DNA from: Lingula anatina
Taxonomy: Eukaryota > Animalia > Brachiopoda
Direction: 5' to 3'
Assembly: GCA_051362555.1 (NCBI GenBank)
Contig: CM120649.1
Location: forward strand, 16,134,567 to 16,198,566
DNA length: 64,000 bases
Made by a program: the position numbers and the translations under genes. Below are positions 38,081 through 50,527 of the stretch, piece by piece. The notes under the pieces are model-generated. The model worked only from the letters and a program-made list of their open reading frames with translations. It was not told where the DNA came from and did no database searches. Each line of letters begins with the position of its first letter. Position 1 is the first letter of the stretch.

Positions 38081-41080
38081 TCTTTCTCTCTCATACATAT
38101 AAAATCTCTCTCACTTTATCCTTTTTCTCCGTCTTTGTCTCTGACACACACTAACGCGTGGAAGCACACACTCGTACACACTAGTTTTCTCCCTCTCTCT
38201 CTCTCTCTCTCTCTCCCTCTCGAACGTTTTCCTGATGTTTCAGTTATTGGGGAAAGATTGGAAATAATCAGAAAATAAAACCTTGAAATAGGATTGGCAT
38301 CGGGTCTCATGAAGTCTGAATCATTTCACAGTTGGAAACATTTTGATTATCTTCGGAACTCAGTTTAAGGAAATTACGGTTCTACCCAAATTGTTATTTT
38401 GCTCAACAAAAAATAACGAAGTTTGCCCTTTCCAAGGTACCCAGGGAAATCAATTTACTGATTATTGAATAACATAGCCCGGATCATTGCGTTCATCAAT
38501 AAGAAGAGTGACTTAAACATTTGCATAGTTTCACGTGTTGGAATGAGTTTTCTGACTGTCGATTTGTTTTTTTTTTCGTCGCAGTCAGCTGGGAAGGCGT
38601 TCCCTTCAAATAATTAGCAAATTGTAATCATCGTTTTATCAGACACATCACGAGTTTAATATTGTTACAAGCAATCTTGTCAATTACAGAAATGCCGTTC
38701 AATTCAACCACAGGGTCGTGCAACATGACAAACTTTGGAAAATTATTTATATTTTTATTACACAATAAGACCATATTATTCGGGCCTAGCTGGTCTGTAC
38801 CAAGTAGGTCAACTAAGAACATTTCCCCGGATGAGGACTTTCTAACTGTATATAGGTAGAATTTGCATAACTCGGATACTGAAGGGCCGAAACATATGTT
38901 CGAGCTACCAAGATCTTCGACTTAGGAAATGTTCATACAAATTTCAGCTTATACGAAAAAAAAAGTCCTCAAGATTACCAGTAGGTGATGATAAACAATA
39001 ATGGGAGTTATACAGTGAACAGTTATGCGCATTCTACTATGCCATATTTTGGAAAGTAATCAGCGTCGATAAAAATGCAGAAGTATGTCTTCAATTGCAG
39101 CACGACACCTGGTCTATTAAGTGTGCGTCTTTTGATCTGTACGTGTTTGGCTTATTATATTGGGCTTTCAATTAAAATGGTCACATCTTGATGGTTTTCA
39201 GAATGTGGAGATATCATGCATAAGGAAGTATCATGCTGTTCATCTTAACGCAAATATCATTGTTTCTCTGCTTCAGCTTTCTTTATGGACAATTCTGCGC
39301 GCGACTGTTCTCACAGCATGCATCACGTGGTCACAGACGATGGCGCCACGGTGCGGGCGTGGGGGAAGATAGACCACAAATTACGGACTCCAGCCAAATG
39401 TTCCTTATACTTTCGCACATCTCCGGCTCGACAGAGATTTCTGATCCAGATAACTTTTCATCGGCTCTACATGCCCTGCTTGTCTCATACTAGTCTGACG
39501 TTCCACGATGGGGATGTGTCGTCTACCTCATCTCTCTTGGTAAGTTTGCGTGAAAACATTTCCTCTCATAGTGCCAACCAGATTGGAAGCTTACTATAAC
39601 AGAAAATTGTCTGTCAGAAAAACGGCATGAAAATCAAGTGAACATACATTTTCAAACTTTTTTCTTTTCTTAAGTTTTATATATCACATAAAAAAGAAGA
39701 AACCATAGGTAATCAGTAGTTTCACCTTCGGTTAATCCGGGACTGATAGCACAGATGGAACTTAAAGAAGCAGATAGAGACAATGACTCTTATCCTCACA
39801 AAATTAAAGAACAGTAAAGTGGTTCTTTTTTCAGGCTACCTACAGCTGCACTGTGAAGACGCCAGTCGAACCTTTAACCACTGGCGGCAAGTTCCTCATA
39901 ATCGAAGTCTCCCCTGGGACCACCAAGTACGACTTCACCTTCACGCTAAAGGAAGTCGAAGATAATAAAGGTACCTAAAGGCAAAACGGTCGAATTTTAA
40001 GTATCAAATTACGCAAGTTTTGTGATGTATGCCCTTTATGTGACTTCTTTAATTAAAAAGAGTTTGGAACGGTTAGACGTCATTAGTTCAAAATACGTGT
40101 CGATATTGAAATTCGAAATAAAGCGCAGGAGATTCTGTAGATAAAGCACGATTGACCTCTGTTCGATGAAGGGGAAAGATGGCGGAATTTGGGTTAAAAT
40201 AGTAGAAAAACATACTTGCCTCATCGTACCCATATCATATTGTTGTCTTTCAGTTGGTACCATAGTTGTTGCCATAGGCAGCGTATTTGGAGGCCTTGTG
40301 GGCTTTGTGGTGATAGCTTTGGTGTGTGGATACGGCTGTAGGAAGTTAAAACAAAATCCAGAATACTGCAGGACGGAGATGGGAACAAGTACGGAGTGTA
40401 GTTTTCCCACAGGTAGAATGTTTTAAAGTTGAAGTACCTCAGTATCTAATTTGGAATTGAGCGGGTGATGAAGTTGTACATATTTGTCTTTGTATATAAA
40501 AAATTATAATGATTTTTTGTGCTTATGCTACATTATGATACGAGGCAAAACTTTAGAATGTAGATACAAGCGCAAGCAAATAAAGCATTCGGGCAGCAAC
40601 CGTTTCGTACAAGTATTACCTTCAGCAACTCTAGAAACACGTGGATTTGATAATATTGCATATCAACAATTGCAAATGCTCAAATGCAAAATAAATAAAA
40701 AATATGGCTGCCTATAATTATTCAGACCTCCAACGGTGACTTTAACGCATTTATATCCTTCACATCGCTTTCATCACGGTTGAACCATCTTAAAAGAAGT
40801 TAGTTATTATCTTTAAATATTCTTTCCGATAATTTCATCCACAGAACCAAATGCATCATCTTCACCGTCACCACGTCGAGTATTAATTGTCGTGGACAAC
40901 GACATGTGCCACCCCCAGTCATGTCAGAACGTGGCAGTGCAGGTGCCCAGTCCAAAGAGCTCCGCGGAGTCCTCCTGGATAGCGCTTCAGACACTGGGGA
41001 CAGAGCACGATGAAGATGGAAGGGACGGAAAGCACGTGCATTTTACTAATAATCACATCAATGAAGCGCACACTATATGA
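37844..41080 (+). CDS. Single-pass type I membrane protein with one CUB-like extracellular domain, 293 aa
   Basis: Phase-consistent exons 37844-37931 (MTLDVVYAVAHYVVAIMLCAPIVTHG, signal peptide), 39277-39539 (..DCSH..KCSLYFRT..FLIQITFHRLYMPC..LTFHDG), 39835-39970 (ATYSC..TTGGKFLIIEV..YDFTFTL), 40254-40412 (TM VGTIVVAIGSVFGGLVGFVVIALVCGYGC followed by RKLK), 40845-41080 (cytoplasmic tail, ...EAHTI*). Four-Cys spacing and the l.i.DG / F.f.f motifs fit a divergent CUB fold. Confidence 0.8.
38034..38220. repeat. (CT)n microsatellite cluster in intron 1 of the CUB gene
   Basis: CT runs at about 38034-38092 and 38186-38220. Confidence 0.9.
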
Positions 41081-42297
41081 TATATAGCCAAGGATGAGGG
41101 TTTTACCTCAGTATAATATGATATGGCTCGAGTAAGGCGAAAATCATTCAACTTGGATGGCTTGCTGTTGGGTAGGTTCATTGTCTGTGGATAAATACCA
41201 TGTGTGAAAAGAGAAAAGGTATTGTTTGGAGCCGGTTGACAACACTGACCTGGAAGACTGCTTCTTCACAACACGCTGTCCATTTCATCACTCAACACCA
41301 AGATGCGTGGTGGGCAATCCGTGATCGATTTTGAAAGTGTATCATAGACAGATACTTTAAAGTTTTAAAGATAAATGAAGGTGTGTTAATATGAAAGCGT
41401 GTTCGTGCGCACCTTTTCACGGGTACTGCTATGGCGACGTTCGGTTTTACGCAACCAACACGTTGTTATTGTAAAAATGGTTGATGAGCTGATGTCAGTA
41501 GGGTTGTTGGTACGCTCAGGGCATGCAGGGAAATAATGAAATAATATGATGCTGCCACTTATGAGTCTTAGGTGCCCTCACGGTATAGCCTCGGGCAACC
41601 ATTATTTTAATTTCGTTTTAGGCTTAAGTGATGTTGTAGTTAAGTAATTGCCGAACATGTTAATGTCAGTAGAAACGTTGTTTTTCGTTAGTAGTTTTTC
41701 CGCATTAATATTGCGTAAAATATTGCTTTTTTGTCGAGTTCGTTATAAACAATTATTTAAAAAGTGGCAATGTTATCACTAGTTTATGACTGGGTGAAAG
41801 TCGTAACTTAATTGTGAAACTATTCATATTTTGTACAGTATATTGCGCAAACTCTGGCACTTGGGGACAGAACAAATTATTCAAGTTTCGCAGAGATTTG
41901 AGGTGGGCAACGTTCATATACTTTTAAACTAAAAAAAACACCAAAGGGAAAAATCTGATCCACTAGATTTGTTGGAGATAAAGATAATTTAAAATAAGAT
42001 GTGACGAGGTATGCGGAGTCTGTTGTATTTCTATCTGTTGATATCTTGTGTCATGTATTCTACGTGTGTTATTTCACAGAATTCATTTTTTAAATATTTA
42101 CCTGAACAAAAGTGAAGAAATGCGAATGAATTATGTTCGTTTATAAATGACGGAAAATTAAAAAGGACTGAAAGTATTCGGGCGTGGTGTAGTCTAAAAC
42201 ACTTGAAAACTACTTGAAGAAATACGAATATTCATTCACGACAGGCGTGGCACTATTGTTACACATGTGATATACGGTATATCCACCTATGTTAGCA

Positions 42298-42303
<6 letters not shown>

Positions 42304-42329
<26 letters not shown>
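42304..42329. repeat. (GA)n microsatellite
   Basis: Direct reading. Confidence 0.9.
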
Positions 42330-43056
42330 CGGTCAGAACCCATAAAATCATAAAGTTTTTGAAAAACTCACACAAATAACACACGTCTCCTCTTTTCAGT
42401 ATAGAGTGCACTTCCAACACAATATGTCTTATATATTTCAGTAGTCAGGACTGAAAATGCATTCTTTTTATACATACCCCAGTTTTTGCATCGCTGCACC
42501 AAATACTCTTGAATTAAAAAACATTATTTGAGCATAAGGCCAGTGATTTTACTAATAGCCATTCATCAGTTTGGTGGAACAACGTGGACATAAGAGATAT
42601 TGTTGACACCTATTGAAAGTACGCTGGACCACAATTTTGCCAGTAAAACTGTTTAAGGCGTAGCTTGACGTGTTGCAGTACTAGTATATTCCCAAGCTAG
42701 GAATACCAGTTAGAAAGTAATATTACTAGCTCACGGGACGTTGCAGTGCCAGGATTTTTTTTAAAATAATTCATACGAAACAAAACCATAAGAAAATAAA
42801 TGAATAAATGGGATAGTCATGTCTATTCTCTCTGTCAGGTAGGGCTTCCGTGCAAACGCTTATATGGAAGGAATTTAGGGCAACTGCTGTTTGGTGGTCT
42901 AAATGGCCTAAAACTATAGTGGTCTACATGACCTCTTGCCGGGCGCCCTCTATGCGACACGACATAATATTGGCACAAGTCGGGGAGACAAATTATGCTC
43001 TACATTTGATCTAAATAGACAATGCGAGCGTATCTCAGAAACACGCTTCTCTTAGA

Positions 43057-43267
43057 GAGCATTCCCAGAGATTTAGATCGATCCAACTAGATCGACCTAA
43101 CTCCCTGGGGGTTCACGCTAAATTGCTGTCAGCCGACCGCGCACGGAAGTTAATTACCCCCTTACAGCTTTTAGTAGATGGGACAGACATTTAAGCCGGC
43201 TAAGCTGACAGTAATTTAGTGAGACTCCCTACGGGGATAGATCGATCTAAAATCTGTGGGAATGGGG
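43057..43267. mobile_element. MITE (family shared with 26866-27095, opposite orientation)
   Basis: Outer TIR cattcccagagatttagatcgatc / gatcgatctaaaatctgtgggaatg. Inner arms ctaaattgctgtcagc / gctgacagtaatttag. The internal gttaattacccccttacagctt is the reverse complement of a similar stretch in the 26.9-kb copy. Confidence 0.75.
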
Positions 43268-44229
43268 TCTAGGTCGTGTCTGGATCTTTACCTCGTCACC
43301 AAGTGGCGCCCCCTCCCTCAAAGTGTAGTGATAGCAGTCGATATGTATCTCTAGGCAACCTTGAGCTAAAACGCGGAACAGCATTTGACACGATCTGTAT
43401 ATATATATGCTAAGTGTCATTGCATTAAGGGTTTCAGCACATTGACACAATTAACGCGCAATGCTCGACCTGTTTTACATGTCAACTTTAAAATTAATGT
43501 GACACTTGGATCAACCTGGGATGAATAAAGCGTTTTATTCAGCGTCCTGATGGGTCGTTAAGACTGTCACAGACTGAATACGACATTTGAAATTTAAAGT
43601 ACGGACTGTTATAATTAAATATTCACTCCAGAGAGGGGACTTTATCGCAGAGAACATGTAACGCTGTGCACTGACTGTTTACATTTTGCACACTGCTTTC
43701 TAAATGTGCAGAACGTTGCTATTTTGATTGGCCTACTCAATATATTCACAGAAAGTCAGTACTTTATCTGAAGCCACTGGGACATCGCGACAGAGCCGGT
43801 GACTACTGTGAATCGATCCCTTGCTCGCCGCGATCAAGTCTATTTTCATGCCACTGGGGACTTGTGAGTAATAATTACCAACGACCGCCTAGAGTAAATT
43901 AAACAGTACTTCAAATATTGAAAGAAAAGGAGAATATTGTTGGATAGAGTTTGGCTAGATACAGTATATTTCAACATTATATTTCACTGAATTTGTCATC
44001 TTTCATCCCTGACATGAATTTCACTCCTTGGCGTGATCTGATAGCAAATTGCTTTTGACATGCAATCAATGAAGTCAAACTTTTCTGAGAATGAAAAATG
44101 ATGAGGAACACACAACACTGATGGTTGAAGACAGGAGGTACATGTCTGAAGGCATCACGGTGTACAATATACATGAGAAGAAATAGAACAACCCCACATT
44201 TTAATTGTTACTGATTGTTAAAGACGAAA

Positions 44230-45480
44230 ATGATGAAATATTGCAACCGACCTCAAGGCGCGTACCAAAACGTCCATCCCGTCGCAGAAATGACGGAAAA
44301 ATCACCAACGTTAAACCGCAACACTCCCGGCGGAAATCTGAACCTCTCTTCAAATGCTCTTTCCGGGGACTTTTTCAAATATTGCCGTCGCCCAGGCCAG
44401 CCCAGTCCACCCGAAATACGCGTTACGCCGCCGCCGCCGCCTTATAGAGGTAAATTCGGCCACCTTGTGAAGTCTTTCGACCTCAACATCGCCGGTCACA
44501 TCCCGGAGTGGGTAGTCCAAGTCCCTTATATCGACACACCCGCGAGCTACCTGCTCAAACTAAACGCGGAAAACACGCTCACTTCACACAACTCCCAGGG
44601 CATCCTGTCTGAGTACTACCTGCATCATCCAGGTGACGTCATCACGGGTCACGTGATGCTTGACATGTGTCACCCGTGTGACGTCAGAGTGAAGATTAAA
44701 GTTCTGGGGGAGTACGTCATCTTGCAGGAGCCCACCACGATGTTTCGGAAATCGAAGCGTACGCGCGAGGTGTACGCGCAGGGCGAGCACGTCTTGAGCC
44801 TGTCCTTTGACTTCGGACAAATAGCGGTCCGGGCACCTTTACCGTTCCAGTTCACTCTGCCCGATGACATCCCCAGCTCCATGACCTATGTGTCCTCAAA
44901 TGGTCAGCAAAGGGTCAGCGTCGTATACTACGCTGTGGCTGAACTCTCTCTACCAAGCGGTGCCAGAATTATGACCACGCCCAAAGTGTATTTTCTTGTT
45001 CAGCGTTGTTTGGATTCTACTATATTTAAGTATGGCGAAGTTACAGCCGATTCCAGCACCGAATTCTGTTGCACTGGACTCGCGTGTTGCCCAGCCAGCT
45101 CAGAGAAATTGCTCATTGAGTCGGTGCGGGTCCCCGAGAGAGACGAAGTCGCGCTGATACCCATAGGACACCGACTCTCTAAGAGGGAAATCAAATGCAA
45201 ATTTTACCAGATTGTTAACTTCAGACTGGCGAACGAGTTACGGATATCAGATCATTCCCTACTGGCGGAGTTTGTGATCGGAAAGCCCAAATCTGATATA
45301 CGTGGACTGTCTTTTGTATGGTTAAAGTTCCCGAAGGAATTGGAACCGTGTGTAGTTCCCAATGACCCTGCGGCCGAGCGTGTGGAGATTGGCTATATAC
45401 TAGAGTGCTCCACTAAGCGACGAAGCGGCTTGGGATGGTCTAGACGGAAGGTGAGTACAGATAAATGAGATCTCCTAAAT

Positions 45481-45531
<51 letters not shown>

Positions 45532-47530
45532 TCGCATAAGGCTTTGTAAAAAGGAGGCGACTGTCTCTTCCCACCTTTCTTACAGAAATATCTTAGATCC
45601 GTCTTGGGGGGAGGGTGAGGAATTACTTTGATTATGTATATATTATACAAATAAGAGATATAGGCCTATAGGTATAAATAACCAGGGCAATCTGTTCAAT
45701 AAAACACAATAGATATAACTACCGTAACCGTAAAATTATGTCAGAGGGAGAGAGATGGGGAGAACTAAAATAAGAACCAAATTACGGTGCCGGTGACAGG
45801 CAGATGAAGAGGAAGACGATTTACAAGTCGATGCTGTATATTTCTCCATGCTTCGGTGGGTAGACACCTGTTAACCAGACACCAGAGCACATTACTACAA
45901 GATAAACTGTGTATCTCTTAAACTGAATCGCTAAAATGCACGTGCGCAGGTTAAAGGTTTTATCAGAGTAAAAAGAGTTCTGGAACGAAGTCGTGTATAG
46001 ATATTTAAAATCAGCCTTTACAAAAACTTTTTAAACAGCAGGGTTAAACTTAGAAAATAGCACTGGTACATGTACATTGATTCTATACCTCTTTACCTCT
46101 ATACCTATAATACTATACCTAAAGTACTACATTTGATCACTATAAGGTCTCCGTTTTTTATGTTAAGACATTAACTTTAAGTGTGGTTAGCCTAGGCGAA
46201 ATTTACTGCACTATTTGTATGGTGATTTGTGGGTTTCCCACAATGGAGAATTGATTTATTAACAACGCTGTGGTTTTTAAAATTATGACAACCAGTGTTA
46301 AAATATCAGACAGGTATTTTATCGAATCAAGCCCGTTCATCAAACACAACTTTCATAGTAAATGGGGGGTAATAATTTACAGATCTGGAGAGGACTGTTT
46401 GACTGTAACATCAAGAGTATGACTCCATGCAGTTTGACACATAGCCATCAGGGGAGCAATGAGAAAAAAAAATGAATTAAAAAAAGTTTTAGAATAATTA
46501 TTTCAAATAGATAAAATTAGTAAGCCGGTGTTCCATATTTTACTAAATATTTTTGCGTTTTTTAAAGCTTATTTTCACTATTAGCTCCCGTTGTTTTCAA
46601 GATTTTTTTATTTCTTGTAATGAGATTCATGATCCAAGCACCTGAAAAAATGTTTGTTACTCTGTCAGATAGAATTGGTTAAAAGGCTAAGGTACAGGTC
46701 TCTCTCTGTACGTGTTGTTCATACAGGTGAAGTCATAAAGCAATACATCCCCGTTGTGCAAAACATGCTTGTTTTTATACTTAATTATCTTTATTTGTTA
46801 GTGTGCAATTTTTTTATTTATCTATATTTTATGTGCTTCTATTAGTTAAGTAAATTTCATTATTAGCATTATTGTTGATTATGAAATTATGGCGTCTATT
46901 TATTTATTTATTTATTTATTTATTGTTGTTGTTGTTAACTTCGTTTAAACTCATCTGAATATCAAAGCCACTCGGAACTACTCGGATGTCTCCGCACTCG
47001 ACAATGTCAGTATGGAGCTTGCGGAATGAGCCGAGGATTGCCGATTGTATCAAAGCTGCATTTGCCTTGTCAATTCTTTCCTCTCACCCATGGTACGGTG
47101 ATGAATAAAGTAACAAGTAATGTACTCACTTTGCCAACTAAAAATGTGAGCAATTTTGCAGATCCGATTCCCAAAATTCTGTTATAATATACACATCATA
47201 AAACTTTTATAAATGCTGAGATTTTTTTTTTCACAACATTTCTCTAAAACCTTGCAGACACTGGTGCCGATAGTCTTGGGACCCACAGAATGGAGTCAGA
47301 ACAACCGTCCCACATACCAAAAGAAAAAACCTCGGTCGCCCTACCCACCTCCGGCCAACGTGGTGTGCGACGCTGTTCCTCTTGTGAACGCTTTCTCCAT
47401 GTTACAGATGTGCCTCTACCGCACCACGTACAAGGAAACCAGTATGTCTGAAGGATGGAAAGTTTATCAGCCATGGTCGGGTTCTCCCGGAGCTGGCGTG
47501 CGAAACAAGGATCGTGTAAAAATGCTGTAG
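44230..47530 (+). CDS. Alpha-arrestin / arrestin domain-containing protein (ARRDC-like), ~497 aa
   Basis: Exon 44230-45450 (donor AAG|gtgagt) + exon 47258-47530 (acceptor ttgcag, phase 0). Arrestin-N motifs PGDVITGHVML..VKIKVLG..LPFQFTLPDDIPSS..VVYYAVAEL, hinge FCC..CC, arrestin-C end IGYILE..TLVPIVLG. PPPPPY at 44428-44445. Confidence 0.85.
45479..45532. repeat. (TTTA)n microsatellite
   Basis: Direct reading. Confidence 0.95.
46970..47048 (+). mobile_element. ~80-bp fragment homologous to the interior of the 2302-3373 transposon
   Basis: cactcggaactactcggat...gccgaggattgccgattg matches 3152-3230 with about 5 mismatches. Confidence 0.8.
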
Positions 47531-50208
47531 GAACGACGTTCATGATAACGCCAGAAAATTAATAATTAGATAAATGAGATTAATATATAAACGATAAAAT
47601 TGATTGGATAAATTTATTAATAGTGGGTTTTTTTTTTTTTTTTTTTGAGACTGAAGAAAGTTTTTAAAAATTATGAAATTTTTTTTGGTATATTCCTGAA
47701 TGCGCCTTGCCAAACTACAGAAAGCTTAAGAATCAACAGACCCTGTGAAACTGATGTTAGAACGAAAATATTAAGTAGAGAAAAAAGAAATTTACACAAT
47801 TTAAGGGAAACAATAAGATTTTAATCGGTACACTGATTTTAATTTTTTTTCTCCGAAGTCTGAAAATTCTAACATTCTTATATTTATAAACCTATTCAAA
47901 CGGACCGTAGACATATCGTTACACTTTAGATGTTTGCCTTTTCCGCTCGTCTGCAATAGTCTGCACTTTTTATTTGATATTTCCATCAATTTATTTTCGC
48001 ATCTTATTCTGAAATTACGAATTTGAAAAGAACATCCTTGCACCGTGAGGACTCTGATGCGTGATGCGTCTCGTACTCACCCAGGCGCATCTCTGTCAGG
48101 ATTTAGATTTTTAAATCATCACCCCAAATGTATGCCAATGGCAAATGTAATGGCTATCCTGGGAGAGCAGACGCCAACTAGTCTCCACGATACGCATTCA
48201 GGAATTAAGAATGGTATTCAGGGACGCCATTATTTTCACAAATCAAGTTGCGTTATGTTTTAAAGAACATGGGAATTGTTTGCAGCAAGAGCGAAGCAGA
48301 CGATGATTTTGAAAAGACCTTTTGTCATTATTATAAGCTTATTAGTATTTAAACATCCAGTGAATGAACAAAAACAAAATCATGGCAAAAAATTGCATGA
48401 AAAACATATTGTAATGTTGCTTTTTATTACTATTATTTATTCCATTAATTTTCGTAACTTCATGCCTTCCTTGGATTTCAATTGTAGTAATATCAGCACC
48501 AAGCTCAGAAGCAGGGCAGTACACATCTGATACTTATATGACAAAAGAACTGGAGAAGGAACACAGGGTGTATGTAAAGAACCTTGGAATATTTAAAACA
48601 ACAGAAAATCCATGAAAGTCCCTCTGTAGTTAAATATACATGATCAATAAATCAGTACTGTGACAGAGCTTTTAATTATTATTGTTTTATTTCAAATATC
48701 ATTTTGATTTTATGTGTAGATATTACACCAGTGCAGTAAAAGCAAGAGCTTCATGGTGGATTTATGACAATATACAAAGTTGACAAAAATCACTGACCAG
48801 TTTAATTTGTGCAAATTACTCATACTCAGATGAAGAAGTATCACTTGCTTATATCATTCCATAATCAAAATAAAAGTGTACATTCACAAAATCAGCAACA
48901 ATAAATGTTTACACAAAAATCTCACAAATGCTTCAACAAAATTCAACTTCTTAAGTCAGAATGAACACAATAATGGCAACAATGGGGAAAATGGACATCC
49001 TTTCCATAAGTAGCATAATTTTCCTTTAATGGCAGTTTCAGTTTATCTATTTAGTAAAAATATACATTTTATCTATATCAAAAATACTATCAAATTGGAT
49101 AACATATACTTCTTTATGATTAAACTCCTGTTCACAACAATACTAAGAAAACTTAGTTCAGTCCAGTTTTTGAGCAGTTTGAAATTCCTATCACAAACCA
49201 TTAACTGTATGACAATGGCAAATATAATGGCAAAAACTGTTTAACTCTAAATTTTTAAAGAAACTGGGGGACATTAAAATTATCACATAATGTTCTCCTT
49301 TTTTCATAGAACAGACAAAATTTTAACTCAACACACAAACAGCACGTTATTTCAACGAGCACCTTAATTCTGGGATATACCAGTGGGTGTCAACAAACCC
49401 TTTCATCTCACTTAACTTTTTTTACAATTTATTGAAGGCAATGCTGGTTTTTTTTAACTTGCAAGACAAAAATCAAATATTTATTGAAATACTACCTAGA
49501 TGGTACAGAGTGTTTTTTTTTTTTATTATTTTCCAGCTGTCTACTTGATTATCCTCTACCTACTTGATAATTTCTCCACTTAAGTTGCAAGCACTAAATT
49601 TTTATGCCTATTAGTATAACTTACGGGTATGGGCCTGGGTAAAAGAAAACAAGGCAGCAAAGCTGTCAAATGTACAGACAAAAAACAGAAAATAAAGATG
49701 CAAAAAAAGGTCATTTTGTCAATTTTGATGCAATAATAAATAATGCTTATAATAGCACTGTCAGTCAATACTGAATTTTAATCTTGCACAACAGGTAACA
49801 TGGTCAATAACAGGAGCAGACCCAGAGATATTTTCTGACAGTATTACAAAGTATCTATGTTGATCCATCCTCCATTTTGATGGTCTTCCAACAGAAAAAA
49901 ATAGATACCAGTCAATATAAACTTAATAACCTGACTGTCTTCCGGAAGACCCAGAAGATGGTCTCAATCCACCCCTTCAATAAGATTACAGTTTCCGGAC
50001 CATGAGAGTTCAAATTCACATTATGAAAGTCTCAATATTTGAAAAATGATGACAGTGCATAAAATAATATCACATAATGTTTAAAGACATAAAAAACAAT
50101 ACAACTGCTTATGTAGAAATACAGAAAATGTGCAGAGCCCCAGGCAGATGAGAGTTAAAAGTCACAAATGCAAGTGTTTGAGAAAAAATTATAAAGGAAA
50201 ACAACAAA

Positions 50209-50443
50209 ACTAGAAAAGCACTTTGAGAGTGCAGACCTCTGCCAAGGCAGCAATTGTTGATTATTATTGATAATTGATTGATTATTGATCCGGACCACCA
50301 CCAAAAATTAATCATTGTCCTCTTTGGCCCACTTCCGACAGTTCCTGAAAATTTCTGCAAAATTGGTCCATAACTTCTTGTGTTATGTGGATGACAGACA
50401 AACAGGGGTGAAAATATAACCCCCTTGGCAGAGCTTGAGGTAA
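50209..50443 (-). mobile_element. Short HINE/DINE-like element nested in the large element
   Basis: Terminus actagaaaagcactttgagagtgc (hairpin) + subTIR acctctgccaagg. The other end has ccttggcagag..ggtaa preceded by a gacagacaaaca microsatellite. Inserted in an A-run. Confidence 0.75.
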
Positions 50444-50489
50444 ATATAATTCCAATGAAGATGCTATTCAAACTTTTAATCTTCCAGTT

Positions 50490-50492
<3 letters not shown>

Positions 50493-50527
<35 letters not shown>
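50493..50527. repeat. (TA)n microsatellite
   Basis: Direct reading. Confidence 0.9.

Noticed and set aside
41066-41080. Class I PDZ-binding motif at the CUB protein C-terminus
   Set aside because: The end is A-H-T-I, so position -2 is His rather than Ser/Thr.
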